Below are positions 29,994 to 32,000 of a stretch of 32,000 nt of DNA, one piece after another (the stretch's first letter is position 1; each line of letters begins with the position of its first letter). This stretch comes from Candidatus Moranella endobia PCIT (GTDB lineage: Bacteria; Pseudomonadota; Gammaproteobacteria; Enterobacterales; Enterobacteriaceae), in the NCBI RefSeq assembly GCF_000219175.1, contig NC_015735.1:390001-422000 (forward strand), given 5' to 3'. A model generated the notes under the pieces. The model did not search any database. It saw only the letters and a list, made by a program, of their open reading frames with translations, and was not told the DNA's origin. The translations under genes were made by a program, and so were the position numbers.

Positions 29994-30000
29994 AGTAGTA
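29971..30000. repeat. Perfect 15-bp tandem duplication spanning the panB start codon
   Basis: Plus strand GTGGTCATAGTAGTA x2 (29971-29985 and 29986-30000), which on the minus strand is TACTACTATGACCAC x2. It is in frame and creates MTTTTMTTI with two ATGs 15 nt apart. Confidence 0.9.
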
Positions 30001-30280
30001 TACAAACTCCGCACTACGGGGGGGTAACAACTGTATTCTTAAGGAAAAAGTCCATTTTAATACAAGCTTTACCGTTGGTATAGAATATATGACCAAAAAA
30101 TTTTAGGGAGGTTACCAATCCTGCAGCGCAGGTACTTTTCCCCACCAGTGAATTGGCGGGGGAATATCCCAACCAGTGTTAATACTCTATCTTCTGGTTA
30201 GTTAGGTAGGTTAATGCTCTGCTGCCGCGCGTGATTGCTTGCTTGATAGTAGTGAACACGGCAGTAACGGTGCTCCTCAT

Positions 30281-30666
30281 TCCTATAAACAAGGTAGTGA
30301 CGTGACCATGACACAGAAGCTCGGTCAGTGCGATACCGTCTGGAAACAGTAGTTTTGGTGCTAGCTCGGCAAACGGATATAGCATGTTTGAATGCGCGGT
30401 TATGCATGTCATAATACGGCACCGTTAGGCAATTAATCGCGAGCGATATATCTAAATAGCAGCTATGTAACTTACGGCGATGCGAGTACGTCGTATGAAT
30501 GAGCTAGCAGCTAAGCTAGTAGCGTTTTAGGCAAGGTTGTGGTATATACACATAGATAGTAGGCAGGTCAAGCAGATGGGTTGGCGGCAGATCATACAAC
30601 GACGCCTAGATAGCAGCGCTGACCTGCTATATTACTACCAAGAGCCAGCCATACTGGCTGCTCCAT
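30281..30666 (-). pseudogene. folK: 2-amino-4-hydroxy-6-hydroxymethyldihydropteridine pyrophosphokinase, inactivated
   Basis: ATG 30666-30664 overlaps the pcnB TGA. It opens [16 protein letters not shown] (E. coli FolK MTVAYIAIGSNLASP) and stops after 24 codons. Further downstream VPYYDMHNRAF (E. coli VPHYDMKNRGF) and MLYPFAELAPKLLFPDG (E. coli MLWPLFEIAPELVFPDG) lie in two different frames, and the middle is riddled with stops. The position between pcnB and panB matches E. coli. Confidence 0.8.
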
Positions 30667-31973
30667 CAAGCGCTGTCGTTTTTTGGTACCCGACGACGCG
30701 GACGATAGTTAGTGGGCGCGTCATTGCCTAGCATGAGCAACATATTTGTTTGCCGTTGCGGCGCAGCAATCTGGAACTCACCCCACCAACGACTGAGCTG
30801 CTGCAGTTCGGTGTTTTTTTCAACTTCGGCGCGCAACGTTAACAAATCATAGGCGGAGCGAAATTTGGGATGCATTATCATCTTATGGGCGCTCTTGCCA
30901 TGACGACGCGACAGCCGTAACTGAAGTTGCCACATATCCCGCATTAGGACGGTTATGCGTTTGGGTATCGCCAGCGTGCGGCATTGTTGGTCGATAATCT
31001 CTTGCATCGACAACACGAAAGCTTCAAAGTAAGACATACCGCTTTTTTCTTGAGTACGTTTCTGCACATGATCCAACAGCGGATACCACAGCATGGCAGC
31101 GAACAAGAAAGCAGAATTTACCCTCATATTATTGCGTAACCGCTGATCGGTGTTGGCCAGTACCTTAATTATCATCTGTTCCAAATAACTGTCGCCGTGC
31201 GAGGTAACATGATGGCTGATGACTGGAAACAGCGGCTGAAAAAGTTGGTATTTGCACAAAAGGCGGTAGGTAGCTTCACCGTATCCCGCCTGTAGTAGCT
31301 TTAGTGATTCTTCAAACAGCCTTGCAGGCGGGATATCGTGTAATAGTACCGCCAGTCGGGTAATTGGTGCGGCGGTTTCGCGACTGATGTTCATATTCAG
31401 TTTAGCAGCAAAACGCATCGCGCGCAGCATGCGCACCGGATCTTCCCGATAACGTATTTCTGGATCACCAAGCAAGCGAATGGTGCCTTCCTGTAAATCT
31501 TTCAGCCCCCCGGTATAGTCGCGCAGGGTAAAATCTGCCACGCTATAATACAGGCTGTTAACCGAAAAGTCGCGGCGCTGGGCATCTTCCTCGATGGATC
31601 CAAAAATATTATCGCGTAGCAGCATACCGTTGTTACTGGTGAGAGCTGCGCCCGGCGAGTATTCATTCTTTAGCACCTGATGCTGGCCTCGGAACGTGGC
31701 TACTTCTATAATTTCTTGCCCAAACATGACGTGGGCCAACCGAAAACGACGGCCAACTAGTCGGCAATTGCGGAATAGTTTACGCATCTGCTCTGGCGTT
31801 GCGCTGGTGGTGATGTCGAAATCCTTGGGTTTTTGACCGAGCAGCAGATCACGAACACCGCCGCCTACTAAATAGGCTTCGTATCCCGCTTTGTTCAAGC
31901 GGTAAAGCACTTTTAGGGCATTTTCACTGATCTCTTTGCGAGAAATTGAGTGCTGATCTCGCTGGATAATCAC
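30666..31973 (-). CDS. pcnB: Poly(A) polymerase I; the 5' end may extend beyond the window edge
   Basis: Colinear with E. coli PcnB from [88 protein letters not shown] through [82 protein letters not shown] and HPKFR.AYDLL.LRAEVE.N.ELQ.L..WWGEFQ. The frame stays open from GTG 31973 to position 32000, so the true start is uncertain. Confidence 0.9.
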   Translation of the reverse strand: MIIQRDQHSISRKEISENALKVLYRLNKAGYEAYLVGGGVRDLLLGQKPKDFDITTSATPEQMRKLFRNCRLVGRRFRLAHVMFGQEIIEVATFRGQHQVLKNEYSPGAALTSNNGMLLRDNIFGSIEEDAQRRDFSVNSLYYSVADFTLRDYTGGLKDLQEGTIRLLGDPEIRYREDPVRMLRAMRFAAKLNMNISRETAAPITRLAVLLHDIPPARLFEESLKLLQAGYGEATYRLLCKYQLFQPLFPVISHHVTSHGDSYLEQMIIKVLANTDQRLRNNMRVNSAFLFAAMLWYPLLDHVQKRTQEKSGMSYFEAFVLSMQEIIDQQCRTLAIPKRITVLMRDMWQLQLRLSRRHGKSAHKMIMHPKFRSAYDLLTLRAEVEKNTELQQLSRWWGEFQIAAPQRQTNMLLMLGNDAPTNYRPRRRVPKNDSA

Positions 31974-32000
31974 AAAATTGCTGCAATTTTCTTTTGATGT

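Overview
This window looks like a chromosome segment from an Enterobacterales-type gammaproteobacterium undergoing reductive, endosymbiont-style genome decay. All gene calls rest on by-eye alignment to remembered E. coli K-12 proteins and tRNAs; no search was run. I count 22 recognisable housekeeping genes: tsf, frr, uppS, bamA, skp, lpxD, lpxA, lpxB, dnaE, accA, gltX, htpX, clpP, clpX, lon, mscL, fmt, def, metG, panC, panB and pcnB. There are also 4 tRNA genes: Ala-GGC, Val-UAC, Lys-UUU and Arg-CCU. Between them lie gene corpses (pyrH, dxr, fabZ, folK, probably rnhB, and the C-terminal domain of metG). Short scars mark where cdsA-rseP and rsmB-trkA sit in E. coli. By hand count, roughly one fifth of the window is non-functional DNA. 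Every long ORF in the track is either one of these genes or an antisense shadow of one. I see no CRISPR array, IS element or transposase, integrase, phage gene or defence-type gene. I therefore cannot support a novel multi-gene system here. The signals worth following up fall into four groups. First, genes essential in E. coli (pyrH, dxr, cdsA, fabZ, folK) are lost beside intact neighbours. Second, metG carries an A10 homopolymer frameshift at its 5' end and is shedding its C-terminal tRNA-binding domain. Third, there are small, precisely readable lesions: a CATT duplication in tsf, a 15-bp start-codon duplication in panB, a 3' frameshift in panC, and loss of the clpP propeptide. Fourth, htpX, clpP, clpX and lon are juxtaposed in a non-ancestral order, with sigma32-like promoters upstream of htpX and clpP. 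Relic boundaries are approximate.
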